From: Anaerolineae bacterium
Lineage (GTDB): Bacteria; Chloroflexota; Anaerolineae; Aggregatilineales; Phototrophicaceae
Direction: 5' to 3'
Assembly (NCBI GenBank): GCA_022822545.1
Contig: JAJEBE010000024.1
Coordinates: forward strand, 29,509-93,508
Length of the DNA stretch: 64,000 nucleotides
The position numbers were made by a program, and so were the translations under genes. This document shows, in pieces, positions 25,782-35,216 of the stretch; positions within the stretch are counted from its first letter, which is position 1; every line of letters begins with the position of its first letter. The notes beneath the pieces are model-generated. The model made no database searches. It worked only from the letters and a program-made list of their open reading frames with translations, and had not been told where the DNA came from.

Positions 25782-28292
25782 ATGGTGACGAAGTTTCGGC
25801 GGCGCTCGCGCTTGGGCAAGGCGATTGTCCTCGTCCTGCTCCTGCTGATTGCTATAGTCGGCGCGTTGACGGCCTGGGCCCTGATTGATCTGCCGCCGCT
25901 GGAGAATCTGGAAGCGGGCCTGGCCCTGCCCTCGACGCGGATCCTCGACCGGCACGGTCGCGCGCTCTACGAAATTCTGCCGGGCGGTCAAGGCCGCAAC
26001 AAACAACTCAGCCTGTCGGAAATGCCGAGGCACTGCGTCAATGCTGTAATCGCCACCGAAGACGCCAATTATTATCATCACCCGGGCTTGGACCCCGTCG
26101 GTATCATACGCGCGCTCTGGCTTAACCTGCGCGGCGGCGAGATCGTCGCCGGCGGCAGCACCATTACCCAGCAGACTGCCCGCCTGCTCCTGCTCCAGCC
26201 AACCGACCAAACCGGGCCCAGCCTGCGCCGCAAACTGCGCGAGATGGCGCTGGCGCTGCAGCTGGGCGCGCGCTTCAGCCGAGAAGACATCCTCGCGCTT
26301 TATCTCAATCAGGTCTATTTCGGCAATCTCGCCTACGGTTTGGAAGCGGCGGCGCAAGCCTACTTCGCCAAAAGCGCCGCTGACCTGTCGCTGGCGGAGT
26401 GCGCGCTGCTGGCGGGCATCGTGCAGAACGCCATTTTGAATGATCCGCTGACAGAGCTGCAACGAGCAAAAGCCCGTCAGGCGGTCGCCTTGCGGCTGAT
26501 GACGCAGAATGGTTACATCAGCGCCGAGCAAGCGGATGCGGCCCAGCATGACAAGCTGCAATTCGCTGCTGCTGTCTTTCCCATCGAAGCGCCGCATTTT
26601 GTCATGGAAGTCTGGCGCATCCTCAAGCGGGATTTCGCCGCCGCCCTGCACACCGGCGGCCTGGAAGTGCGGACGACTGTCGATCTCGATTGGACGCGCC
26701 ATGCCCAAGAAATCGTCGGCCGGCAACTGCGCGCGCTGAACCAGCCTCCCGCCGGCGCCCAACCGGCTGATGCCAACAACGCCGCCCTGGTCGCCCTCGA
26801 TCCGCGCACGGGTGAAGTCCTGACGTTGCTTGGCAGCCCGGATTACTTCGACCAAAGCATCGACGGCGCGCTGAACGCCGCGCTCGCCTACCGCCAGCCG
26901 GGCAGCGCGCTCAAGCCCTTCATCTACGCCGAAGCGATGAATCCGGCTTATCCCGATCCCTACACCGCCGCTACCATGCTCCTCGATATTCGCCGGCCAT
27001 TCGTCACCGACAAGCTCGAGAGCTATGTGCCGGCCAACTACGATCTCGCCGAGCGCGGTCCTGTGCTCGTCAGGGAGGCGCTGGCATCCTCCTACAACAT
27101 CCCCGCCGTGATCGCCCTCGAGCATATCGGCATCGAGCGCTTCGTGAACTTCCTGGGCGAACTCGGCCTGGAGAACTTGCGCAATAACGCCGGCGTCGAT
27201 CTGTCGCTTGCGCTGGGCGGCGCGGAAGTCCGTCTGCTTGACCTGGCGGAAGCTTATGCCGCCTTCGCCAATGGCGGCTATGATATCGAGCCGCAATTCA
27301 TCCTGAGCATCACCGACGCGAGCGGGCAGCAGATCTATCATCACGAGGCGCCGCAACTGAAGCGCCGCCTGATAGACGAGCGCATCGCCTACATCATCAG
27401 CGACATCCTCTCCGACAATAGCGCCCGCCTTCCCGCTTTTGGCGAGAACAGTCCGCTCAATCTCGGTTTTCCCGCCGCCGCCAAAACCGGCACCACCACC
27501 GATTTCCGCGATAATTGGTTGCTGGGCTACACGCCCGATCTAGTGATCGGCATCTGGGTCGGCAATGCCGATAACATGCCCATGCGCGATGTCAGCGGTA
27601 TCAGCGGGGCCGGACCGATTTACAATCTCTTCATGCGCGCGGTCAGGCGCGCCGCGCCGTCTGACGATTTCAGCGCGCCGGCCGGTCTGCGCCGCCTCGA
27701 AGTCTGCCGGCTCAGTGGCCTGCTACCCACCGAGCGCTGTCGCGGCCGCGTCACCGAGTTCTTCATCGCTGGTACGGAGCCGCGCGAACTGGACCGGCTT
27801 CATCAGCCTTTCATCATCGACCGCGCCACCGGCTTGCTGGCTGACGAAGACACCGTAGCAGCCGACCGGCTGGAGCAAGTCTTCCTCGTGCTGCCGCCCG
27901 AAGCGCGCGATTGGGCGCGGCGTCACGGCATCCCGCAGCCGCCAGTCGCAGCGGGCAGGCTGGCCGGCGCGCCTGATGATTCACTGCGCTGGCTCTCACC
28001 CGATCCCTACACCGTCTTTCAGTTTGCCGATCACCTGCCGGCCGCGTCTCAGCGGCTTCGCTTCGCCCTGGCAGCGCCGGCGCCGACGCGAATGGTCGAG
28101 TTCCGCTTGAACGGCGAAACGATCGCCCTCGTCGAGGGCCTGCCCTGGGAAACCTGGTGGACCCTGCGGCCGGGCGAATACAGCTTGCGGGCCAGCGCGA
28201 CCCTGCCCGACGGCGCCCAAGTCAAAAGCGCGCCTCTGCCATTTTCAGTGATCACAGCGGAAGCTCGCGCCTCCTACCAGCGCCAGGGGTAG
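25782..28292 (+). CDS. class A penicillin-binding protein (GT51 transglycosylase + transpeptidase)
   Basis: ATEDANYYHHPGLD and GGSTITQQTARL (GT51), SALKPF and KTGTT (transpeptidase). Short cytoplasmic tail, one TM helix, and a C-terminal beta-sandwich-like extension. Confidence 0.9.
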   Translation: MVTKFRRRSRLGKAIVLVLLLLIAIVGALTAWALIDLPPLENLEAGLALPSTRILDRHGRALYEILPGGQGRNKQLSLSEMPRHCVNAVIATEDANYYHHPGLDPVGIIRALWLNLRGGEIVAGGSTITQQTARLLLLQPTDQTGPSLRRKLREMALALQLGARFSREDILALYLNQVYFGNLAYGLEAAAQAYFAKSAADLSLAECALLAGIVQNAILNDPLTELQRAKARQAVALRLMTQNGYISAEQADAAQHDKLQFAAAVFPIEAPHFVMEVWRILKRDFAAALHTGGLEVRTTVDLDWTRHAQEIVGRQLRALNQPPAGAQPADANNAALVALDPRTGEVLTLLGSPDYFDQSIDGALNAALAYRQPGSALKPFIYAEAMNPAYPDPYTAATMLLDIRRPFVTDKLESYVPANYDLAERGPVLVREALASSYNIPAVIALEHIGIERFVNFLGELGLENLRNNAGVDLSLALGGAEVRLLDLAEAYAAFANGGYDIEPQFILSITDASGQQIYHHEAPQLKRRLIDERIAYIISDILSDNSARLPAFGENSPLNLGFPAAAKTGTTTDFRDNWLLGYTPDLVIGIWVGNADNMPMRDVSGISGAGPIYNLFMRAVRRAAPSDDFSAPAGLRRLEVCRLSGLLPTERCRGRVTEFFIAGTEPRELDRLHQPFIIDRATGLLADEDTVAADRLEQVFLVLPPEARDWARRHGIPQPPVAAGRLAGAPDDSLRWLSPDPYTVFQFADHLPAASQRLRFALAAPAPTRMVEFRLNGETIALVEGLPWETWWTLRPGEYSLRASATLPDGAQVKSAPLPFSVITAEARASYQRQG

Positions 28293-28318
28293 GGCAATCG
28301 CTACCTGCAACGATTGCC
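28293..28318 (+). other. stem-loop immediately after the PBP stop codon (no U-tract)
   Basis: GGCAATCG-CTACCTGCAA-CGATTGCC, an 8-bp perfect stem. Shares the 12-mer AGGGCAATCGCT with the 17324 inverted repeat arm. Confidence 0.4.
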
Positions 28319-28341
28319 AACACGCCGCGTAGTGGACGATA

Positions 28342-29103
28342 ATGAAAGTATGCCAGTCGATATTCGCAGGTAACGCCGTGCGATTTCCATTCTCCCTCAT
28401 CCTCGCTTTGATCCTGCTGATCATCGGCGGCGGTGTTTCGCTGGCGCAAGAGGCGGACGTGCAAGCGCTGCTTGATGCCGCGGTCGACCGCCTGCAAGCG
28501 GCCGAAAGCTTCAAACTGACAATTACGCAGACCGGCGAGCCCTATCCCCTGGCCCTGACCTTCGATGGCGTCAACATGCTGCCCGCTTCACTGCAAAGCG
28601 CCGAGGCGCAATACATCAGCCCCGACGAACTGCACATCAGCGCTCTGCTGCAGCTATTCATTCCGCTGTCGCTGGATATCTACTCCCTCGGCGAGCAGCA
28701 GTGGCTGAGCTTTCCCAGCGGCGCGGCTTGGCTCCAACTGCCCGCCTTCGAAGACTTCAATGTCAACCGCCTGCTGGCGCCCGGCGATGGCATCGAATAT
28801 GTCGTGGACAACTTAAACGCGCCGCGGATCATCGACGCCGAGGCGCTGGTTGATGAGGATGCCACCTGGACCCTGCAAGCGCGCGCGGCCGGCGCCGGTA
28901 TTTCCGGCTTGCTCTTCGGCTTCATTGAGCCGCAAGACGATGTCGAGATCTTGGCTACTGTCACCGCGGCTGACGGTCACTTCGCCGCGCTGGAAATTAC
29001 CATGTTGGAGACGGTTGGCGATCCGGAAAAGGAGCCGTCCGTCTGGCATATTCTATTCCACGATTACGATGGACCGCGGGACTTCCAAACGCCGTCGCCT
29101 TAA
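28342..29103 (+). CDS. secreted LolA/LprG-like fold protein (hypothetical)
   Basis: Signal/TM segment FSLILALILLIIGGGVSLAQE. The pattern LLDAAVDRLQAAESFKLTITQTG resembles lipoprotein-sorting/LppX_LprAFG-type proteins. Start uncertain; in-frame GTG 28378 is possible. Confidence 0.7.
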   Translation: MKVCQSIFAGNAVRFPFSLILALILLIIGGGVSLAQEADVQALLDAAVDRLQAAESFKLTITQTGEPYPLALTFDGVNMLPASLQSAEAQYISPDELHISALLQLFIPLSLDIYSLGEQQWLSFPSGAAWLQLPAFEDFNVNRLLAPGDGIEYVVDNLNAPRIIDAEALVDEDATWTLQARAAGAGISGLLFGFIEPQDDVEILATVTAADGHFAALEITMLETVGDPEKEPSVWHILFHDYDGPRDFQTPSP

Positions 29104-30107
29104 ACGGATTCCACCTCGCCCGCTTTCGGCTCGGCTCGGCGCCGCTCGCGAATGAAGTAAATCGGCTTGCGCTGGGACTCATGATAGGTGCGCATGATCA
29201 TATCGGCGACGATGCCGGTGCTGACGAATTGCACACCCAGCACCATCAGCAATGCCGCCAATTGCAACAGCGGACGATCGCCGATCTTGTTCTCGGTCAG
29301 CAGCTTGAAGACGGTCAGATAAGTACCGAGCAGCGCGCCCATGCCGCCCACCAGGAAACCCGCCGCCCCGAAAACATAGAGCGGCCGATTGAAATAGCTC
29401 AAGATGAAGACGACGACGATCAGGTCAAGCACGACCTTGAAAGTGCGGCCGATTCCGTATTTGCTGCTGCCCCAGTGACGGGCCCGATCCTTGACCGGCG
29501 CCTCGGTCACGCGTACGCCCATCTGCCGCGCCAGCGCCGGTATGAAGCGGTGCAGCTCGCCGTAGAGTTGCACGCCCTTCGCCACATCAAAATGATACGC
29601 TTTTAAGGTGCAGCCATAATCGTGCAGCCGGATGCCGGTGCTGCGAGAGATCAATGAATTCGCTATCATCGAGGGCAGCCGCCGCAGAAAAAAGGGTTCC
29701 TTGCGGTCTTGCCGCCAGCCGCTGACGATATCATAGCCTTCGTCGAATTTGTCCAGCAGCGGCTTGATATCGCGCGGGTCATTCTGCAAGTCGGCGTCTA
29801 TCGTGACCACGATCTCGCCCCGCGCCGCGTCAAAACCGGCCGCCATCGCCGCCGTCTGCCCGAAGTTGCGCCGGAAGTGGATGACCTGCCAACGCGCGTC
29901 CCGCGCTTGCAGCGCATTCAGCAACTCATAGCTGCGATCATGGCTGCCATCGTTGATGGCGATGACTTCGTATTCCCGCCCGATCTCGCCCAGCGCCTCG
30001 CTCAACTCGCGATGCAGCCTTTCGATATTGCCTTCTTCGTTGTAGATGGGGATGACAATCGAAAGCGGAAGTTCCGGGGTTTCTATCGCAGCCAGCCTGT
30101 TATCCAT
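29100..30107 (-). CDS. GT2 polyprenol-phosphate glycosyltransferase (GtrB/ArnC/DPM1-like)
   Basis: LSIVIPIYNEEGNI, INDGSHD and TIDADLQNDP motifs, plus two C-terminal TM helices. GGAGAG lies upstream of ATG 30107; ORF track start 30149 is the alternative. Confidence 0.9.
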   Translation of the reverse strand: MDNRLAAIETPELPLSIVIPIYNEEGNIERLHRELSEALGEIGREYEVIAINDGSHDRSYELLNALQARDARWQVIHFRRNFGQTAAMAAGFDAARGEIVVTIDADLQNDPRDIKPLLDKFDEGYDIVSGWRQDRKEPFFLRRLPSMIANSLISRSTGIRLHDYGCTLKAYHFDVAKGVQLYGELHRFIPALARQMGVRVTEAPVKDRARHWGSSKYGIGRTFKVVLDLIVVVFILSYFNRPLYVFGAAGFLVGGMGALLGTYLTVFKLLTENKIGDRPLLQLAALLMVLGVQFVSTGIVADMIMRTYHESQRKPIYFIRERRRAEPKAGEVESV

Positions 30108-30409
30108 AGACTCTCTCCGCGGGTTCCAAACGCCAATTCTATCAGTCAAAGGCGCGCATAACCAGTTCGCGCCTTTCCGCTAAGGGCAGTAGTATGTAGA
30201 GGCAATTCGGTGGGCCGCCCCCAAGGCGTCAATTTCGCCATCGACAATATCTGGCCGTTCCCGCCCCAGCGTAGGTCAGTCGTGTGCCTGGCGTCCAGCG
30301 CGTATGGTCGGCCTGGTTTATGCTTGCTTTATACGCCGCCGTTGCGCCCCAGCCCTTATCGCCGCCGCCCGGCGCTTGATACAATAAGCCTGGCGGCAGG
30401 CGCGGAGAA

Positions 30410-33400
30410 GTGATGAGGCCCCACAACAAATACCCTGATAACGATCCTGAAGACCTCGACAAGACGGAACCGGCCGATCCTCAGCCACTGCCCGAGGACG
30501 ACACCATGACGACTGAGATGGTCGAGGTCGGTCCAGGAACGAACGTGCCTTTTTCCCTGCCGCATGTCTCGGAATTGGACGAGACGACACCGCGTGACGC
30601 GCGCAGACAATCTGGCAAGCTGGTCACATTGCCAGCCTACAACCAGATCGCGCCACCGGACACGCCACGAACCGACCTCAGGTCGACCATTCCCGCCGCC
30701 CGCGGCGTCGCTCCAGGCGCATCGGAGCCGACGCTGCCACCCATGCCCGACTCGCGCGAGCCCGTCCCGGCGCCGCCCCGGGCGAAACAGTTGCAGCGAA
30801 CCGAGGCGGTCCAACTGCCGCACAGACGCCGCCGCAAGCGCCGCGTCCTAGGCTTGCCGCTGGGCTGCCTCTGGGTCCTGGCTGGGCTCTGCCTGACCTT
30901 CTGCGGCGGCTTGACCTTCCTCACCGTCGGCGCCGCTATGATCTTTCTGCCGCAAGTGGAAGCCGAATGGACCGAGCGCATCGCCGCCGTCGACAATTAT
31001 CGCGGCTTTGAAAGCACCTTCATCTATGACCGCTACGGCAAGGAACTCTACGAAGCCTTTGGCGAGGGGCGGCGCGTCCGCGTCAGCTTCGACCGCATCC
31101 CGCAAGCGCTGATCCTGGCCACCATCGCCATCGAGGACGACACCTTCTTCACCAACATCGGCATTGATGTGCCCGCCACCGCCATCGCCGCCTTGAATTA
31201 CCTGGGCGCGTCCGCCGGCGAGAATACACCCGGCGGCAGCACCATCACACAGCAACTCGTGCGCAACATCTTCTTTGATTTCGAAAAGCGCGCTCAGCGC
31301 AGCGTCGCCCGCAAAGCCGAGGAGATCCTGCTCGCGATTGTCTTGACGCAATCGAAGAGCAAAGAAGAAATCCTCGAGATGTATTTCAACGAGATCTATT
31401 ACGGCAACCTGGCTTATGGCGTGCAAACCGCCGCGCAGACCTTCTTCGGCAAAGATGTCGAGCAACTCAGCCTCGGCGAAGCGGCTATGTTGGCGGGCTT
31501 GCCTCAAGCCCCGGCCAGTCTCGATCCGCTCAATCCCGATCCCATTGTGCAAGCCGCTGTCGATGAGCGCTGGCGTCAGGTCCTGGGTGAAATGGTCGAA
31601 GAAGGCTTCATCAACCAGGGTCAGGTCCGCGCCGCATTGCAGGAGGGCTTGTCCTTCGTGCCAGCCAAGGTCTCCTTGACCGCGCCCCATTTCACGGTCT
31701 ACGCCCAGGGCGAGTTGGAGCGCCTGATGCGCGACCTGGGCTACAGCCCCGAAGCGATCACCGGCGGCGGCTTGCGCGTCTACACCACGCTCGATCAGAG
31801 TGTCAACCGCCTGGCGCAGCGCGCGGCCGCCAATCAGGTCGCCCAACTCCAAGCCAAAAACGTCAGCAACGCGGCGGTTGTGGTCGCCAAACCGGCCAGC
31901 GGCGAGATCATCGCCATGATCGGCAGCATCGATTACGACAACGATGAGATTGACGGCAGCGTCAACGTCACCACCGCCTTCCGCCAACCCGGCAGCACCA
32001 TGAAGCCCTTCACCTACTCGGCCGCGATGGAGCGCGGAATGTCGACCATTGATGTGCTCTGGGACACCCGCAGTCAAATCGCGCTGCCCGGCCTGCCCGT
32101 CTACACGCCGCGCAACTTCGACAACACCTTTCACGGTCCCATGACCATGCGCGCGGCCCTGGCGAACAGCTATAACATCCCCGCCGTGCAGACGCTGCGC
32201 GCGGTCGGCGTCGATTATCTGTTGAGCCTGCTGCGGCGCTTCGGCATCACCACGCTGGAAGAAGACGCTTCCAATTACGGCTTGTCGCTGACGCTTGGCG
32301 GCGGCGAAGTCAGCCTGATTGAATTGACCAACGCCTTCGCTGTCTTCGCCAATCAAGGGACTTATGTGCCGGTCACCTCGATACGCTGTGTCATAAACAG
32401 CGACGATGAAATTATCTACCAGTATGACAACGGCTGCCCGGAGGGCCAAATTACCGGGCAGACCGTCATCAATCTGCCCCGGCAAAAGCGCGTCCTCGAT
32501 CCGCGCCTGTCCTTCGTCATCACCGATATGCTTTCCGATAACGCAGCCCGGTCCGCGGCGATGGGCGCCTACAGCCCCCTGCGCACGGAGAATATCTTCT
32601 CGGCGGTCAAAACTGGCACCACCGACGATGTCAAGGACAACTGGACCATCGGCTATACCAGCAATGTCGCGGTCGGCGTCTGGATGGGCAATAACGATGG
32701 CGATCCCATGATCAACTCCTCCGGCTTGACCGGGGCCGCGCCTATCTGGAATACGGTATTGACCGGCATCTATGGCAATAGAGACCTGCTGGGCGCTTTC
32801 GCCAGCAACAGTCAATTGCTCAACGATCAGCCGATCCCGCCGAGCGGCTTGACCCTGCGCCAGGTCTGCGATGTCCGCCGCCTGATTGAGCTTTCCCCGC
32901 GCTGTGCCGACACCATCAACGAGTGGACGCTGGATGGACCAGCCGGACTGCCTGACGAGAACGGCAACTTGATCTATCCGCAAGCCGCCCAGCGCTACCC
33001 GACGCCCGTGCCCGTCCAGGGCTCCGTCCTTCAAGAAATATCCCCCGGCGTTTACCAGACGCTGGCTTATCCGCTGCCGCCCGAGCTCGCCGCCGCCGTC
33101 CAATTCCGCGTCGCCCCGGGCGATCAGCAGCCCATCCCGCCGAACTTCTGCCGGGTGCCAGTCGAGCATGCGCAAGAAGCCCTCGCCGCCGGCGCGCAGA
33201 ATCTTGTCTTCATCGCCGGCCCCACTACCTCGCAGAGCGACGCCATCGAAGCCGAGCGCTACGCTCGTGAGAACGGCCTCGCCTTTCTGCCGACCGTCGA
33301 TTGCTGGCCGGGCGTATACAGCCAGCAGCGCATCGGCAGCGTCGGCGCCCGGCTGCAAATCCAGCAGCCGGCCAGCGGCCAAACCGTTCGCGGTCCCATG

Positions 33401-33643
33401 CCCATCATCGGCACAGCCCAGTTTGACGGCGGCCAAGCCGAGAATTATCACTTCTACATCCGCGGCGGCCAGTTCGCTGATTGGACGCCGCTTGGCAATC
33501 CGCATCACAGCCCGGTCATCAACGGCCAGTTGGAAATCCTGCATGCCGATGCCCTGCACCCGGGCAATTATGTCCTGCGCCTGGCGCTCGTCCGCGGCGG
33601 CAACATCGTGCAAGCCGACGACATCGTCTTCAACGTGCCCTAA
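30410..33643 (+). CDS. class A penicillin-binding protein with long Pro/Thr-rich cytoplasmic tail and C-terminal extension
   Basis: IAIEDDTFFTNIGID and GGSTITQQLVRN (GT51), STMKPF and KTGTT (transpeptidase). ~145 aa precede the TM helix (LGLPLGCLWVLAGLCLTF), and ~330 aa follow the transpeptidase domain. Confidence 0.9.
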   Translation: MMRPHNKYPDNDPEDLDKTEPADPQPLPEDDTMTTEMVEVGPGTNVPFSLPHVSELDETTPRDARRQSGKLVTLPAYNQIAPPDTPRTDLRSTIPAARGVAPGASEPTLPPMPDSREPVPAPPRAKQLQRTEAVQLPHRRRRKRRVLGLPLGCLWVLAGLCLTFCGGLTFLTVGAAMIFLPQVEAEWTERIAAVDNYRGFESTFIYDRYGKELYEAFGEGRRVRVSFDRIPQALILATIAIEDDTFFTNIGIDVPATAIAALNYLGASAGENTPGGSTITQQLVRNIFFDFEKRAQRSVARKAEEILLAIVLTQSKSKEEILEMYFNEIYYGNLAYGVQTAAQTFFGKDVEQLSLGEAAMLAGLPQAPASLDPLNPDPIVQAAVDERWRQVLGEMVEEGFINQGQVRAALQEGLSFVPAKVSLTAPHFTVYAQGELERLMRDLGYSPEAITGGGLRVYTTLDQSVNRLAQRAAANQVAQLQAKNVSNAAVVVAKPASGEIIAMIGSIDYDNDEIDGSVNVTTAFRQPGSTMKPFTYSAAMERGMSTIDVLWDTRSQIALPGLPVYTPRNFDNTFHGPMTMRAALANSYNIPAVQTLRAVGVDYLLSLLRRFGITTLEEDASNYGLSLTLGGGEVSLIELTNAFAVFANQGTYVPVTSIRCVINSDDEIIYQYDNGCPEGQITGQTVINLPRQKRVLDPRLSFVITDMLSDNAARSAAMGAYSPLRTENIFSAVKTGTTDDVKDNWTIGYTSNVAVGVWMGNNDGDPMINSSGLTGAAPIWNTVLTGIYGNRDLLGAFASNSQLLNDQPIPPSGLTLRQVCDVRRLIELSPRCADTINEWTLDGPAGLPDENGNLIYPQAAQRYPTPVPVQGSVLQEISPGVYQTLAYPLPPELAAAVQFRVAPGDQQPIPPNFCRVPVEHAQEALAAGAQNLVFIAGPTTSQSDAIEAERYARENGLAFLPTVDCWPGVYSQQRIGSVGARLQIQQPASGQTVRGPMPIIGTAQFDGGQAENYHFYIRGGQFADWTPLGNPHHSPVINGQLEILHADALHPGNYVLRLALVRGGNIVQADDIVFNVP

Positions 33644-33667
33644 CCGGCCTCTCTAGCCATCATTTCT

Positions 33668-33692
33668 GTAGGGGGATTCCGTGAATCGCCCG
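33668..33692 (+). repeat. GTAG-type REP-like palindrome, copy R7
   Basis: GTAGGGGGATTCCGTGAATCGCCCG, 25 nt downstream of the PBP stop codon. Confidence 0.75.
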
Positions 33693-33773
33693 CCGTGATA
33701 TCTATGCGCGCCTGTGAGCCGCCCGCTTGACTTTGCGTGTATCATGGTTATGTCGCCAATCCAAGGCAAGTAC

Positions 33774-34436
33774 ATGACAGATCAATCAGCGCAACCGGTT
33801 GATATCCCCGCCGCGATGCTCTCGCGGGAATCGCTGCGGCAGGCGCGCGCCATGCCCTGGAAAGCGAGCAACGAACTCCGCCGCCTGCTGATTCTGCCCT
33901 GCGCCTGGTGGGTGCTGCGCGGCCTCGACCTCGGCCCCGGCTGGCGCTGCTACGGCCTGCCCATCATTCAGCGCCACCGCGGCAGCGTCATCCGCATCGG
34001 CCGCCGCCTGAGCCTGCGCTCGACCGCCCGCAGCAACCCGCTGGGTCCCAACCACCCGGTCATTATCAGCACGCGCCGGCCGGGCGCCTCGCTGAATATC
34101 GGCGACGACTTCGGCATGACCGGCGGCTCGCTGGTCTGCGATCAGTGCATCACCATCGGCGATCGCGTCTGGGTCGGCGCCAACACCACCATCGCCGATA
34201 CCGACTTTCATCCCCTCGATCCGGAGCGGCGGCGGGAAAGCCCGCTGGCGGCCGAGACCGCCCCAATCCGAATCGCCAATGATGTCTTCATTGGCATGAA
34301 TGCGCTGATTCTGAAAGGCCTGACCATCGGGGAAGAAGCTGTTGTCGGCGCCGGGGCGGTCGTCACGCGTGATGTGCCGCCGCGCGCGATCGTGGCCGGC
34401 AACCCCGCGATTGTCATCGGCGAACTGAGCGGCTAA
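33774..34436 (+). CDS. hexapeptide-repeat (LbH) acetyltransferase, WbbJ/maltose O-acetyltransferase-like
   Basis: IGDRVWVGANTTIADTDFHPLD...IANDVFIGMNALILKGLTIGEEAVVGAGAVVTRDVPPRAIVAGNPA. Start at ATG 33774; GTG 33714 or ATG 33744 are alternatives. Confidence 0.8.
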   Translation: MTDQSAQPVDIPAAMLSRESLRQARAMPWKASNELRRLLILPCAWWVLRGLDLGPGWRCYGLPIIQRHRGSVIRIGRRLSLRSTARSNPLGPNHPVIISTRRPGASLNIGDDFGMTGGSLVCDQCITIGDRVWVGANTTIADTDFHPLDPERRRESPLAAETAPIRIANDVFIGMNALILKGLTIGEEAVVGAGAVVTRDVPPRAIVAGNPAIVIGELSG

Positions 34437-35203
34437 TCCTCGTACACCAGGTCATAGGTCAGCAGCACCGTATCGCCAATAGCGATGAAGTCGCCATCGT
34501 TCAAATGCGCCGGCGCGCCGACCTGCGCCCCATTGACGCGCGTGCCATTGCTGCTGCCCAGGTCTTCCAGGTGATAATCCGGTCCGCGCAGCATCAGCCG
34601 CAGATGATAACGGCTCACCTGCGTATCGCGGATGACGATATCGTTGGCGAGGTCGCGCCCGAGATTGACCACCTCGCGCTCCAGGCGAAACAGTTGATTC
34701 AGCAGGGGACCGCGCCGCATGACCAGCCAGTAACCCGGCTCGTCCGGCATGACGCTCCTGTCGATCTCGGCGTCCTCTTCGATTGGCCGCGCGACGACCT
34801 TTCGCTCGGCGTCGCCCCGGTCCATCTGCCGCTTGAAGTCAGCCACAAAATGATCCCAAAAGTGGTTCTCATCGCCGAAGGCGCGCAGATCATAACGATG
34901 GACGAGCTCGAGGCGCGGGTGCTCCGGCGCCGCTTCATAGGCGATGGCGAATACAGGCCGGCCCGCGCCCAGGGCAAAAGCCCAGGCGTAAGTCACATAG
35001 GTCGACGCAGCGGCGGCGGCGCTAAGCAAGACGACCAAGGCGTCGGCCGCGGCAATCGCTGCTTCCATGCCCACATGCCATTCCGCTTCGCCGATCGGCT
35101 GCGGGTCCCGCCAGGGACGATGACCCTGCGCCAGCAGAACCCGCCGCACCTCGTCGGCGCGCGCTTCATCCTGCGGCGCATAGGCGAGATAGACATTCTT
35201 CAT
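34433..35203 (-). CDS. TIR-like domain / FHA domain fusion protein
   Basis: The N-terminus VYLAYAPQDEARADEVRRVLLAQGHRPWRD...ALVVLLSAAAAAS...RPVFAIAY follows the bacterial TIR_2 pattern. The C-terminus has canonical FHA residues (LGRD...SRYH...SSNGTRVNG...GDFIAIG). GAGG lies 11 nt upstream of ATG 35203; 35236 is the alternative start. Confidence 0.85.
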   Translation of the reverse strand: MKNVYLAYAPQDEARADEVRRVLLAQGHRPWRDPQPIGEAEWHVGMEAAIAAADALVVLLSAAAAASTYVTYAWAFALGAGRPVFAIAYEAAPEHPRLELVHRYDLRAFGDENHFWDHFVADFKRQMDRGDAERKVVARPIEEDAEIDRSVMPDEPGYWLVMRRGPLLNQLFRLEREVVNLGRDLANDIVIRDTQVSRYHLRLMLRGPDYHLEDLGSSNGTRVNGAQVGAPAHLNDGDFIAIGDTVLLTYDLVYED

Positions 35204-35216
35204 CGGCCAGCCCGCC

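Noticed and set aside
28291-28302. The 12-mer AGGGCAATCGCT after the PBP stop is identical to part of the 18-bp inverted-repeat arm at 17325-17336. GGCAATCG also occurs at about 22544.
   Set aside because: It is suggestive of a second small repeat family, but three short matches found by eye are not enough. A genome-wide count is needed.
29100-29103. Convergent gene pairs whose stop codons overlap in a 4-nt box: TTAA here, CTAA at 34433-34436, TTAG at 52781-52784. There is also a 19-nt convergent overlap at 41699-41717.
   Set aside because: They are real in the sequence but a common consequence of genome compaction. There is no evidence of special function beyond possible 3-prime antisense overlap.
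30848-33613. Very long antisense ORFs: 921 aa opposite the PBP gene. Others are 25662-27356 (564 aa), 24617-25681, 41330-42595, 44179-45168, 22621-23508, and the N-terminal 470 aa of ORF 9868-12324.
   Set aside because: Each lies entirely opposite a gene with strong family motifs. Their translations are Arg/Ala/Gly/Pro-rich low-complexity strings typical of stop-codon-poor shadow frames in GC-rich DNA. None has a recognisable motif.
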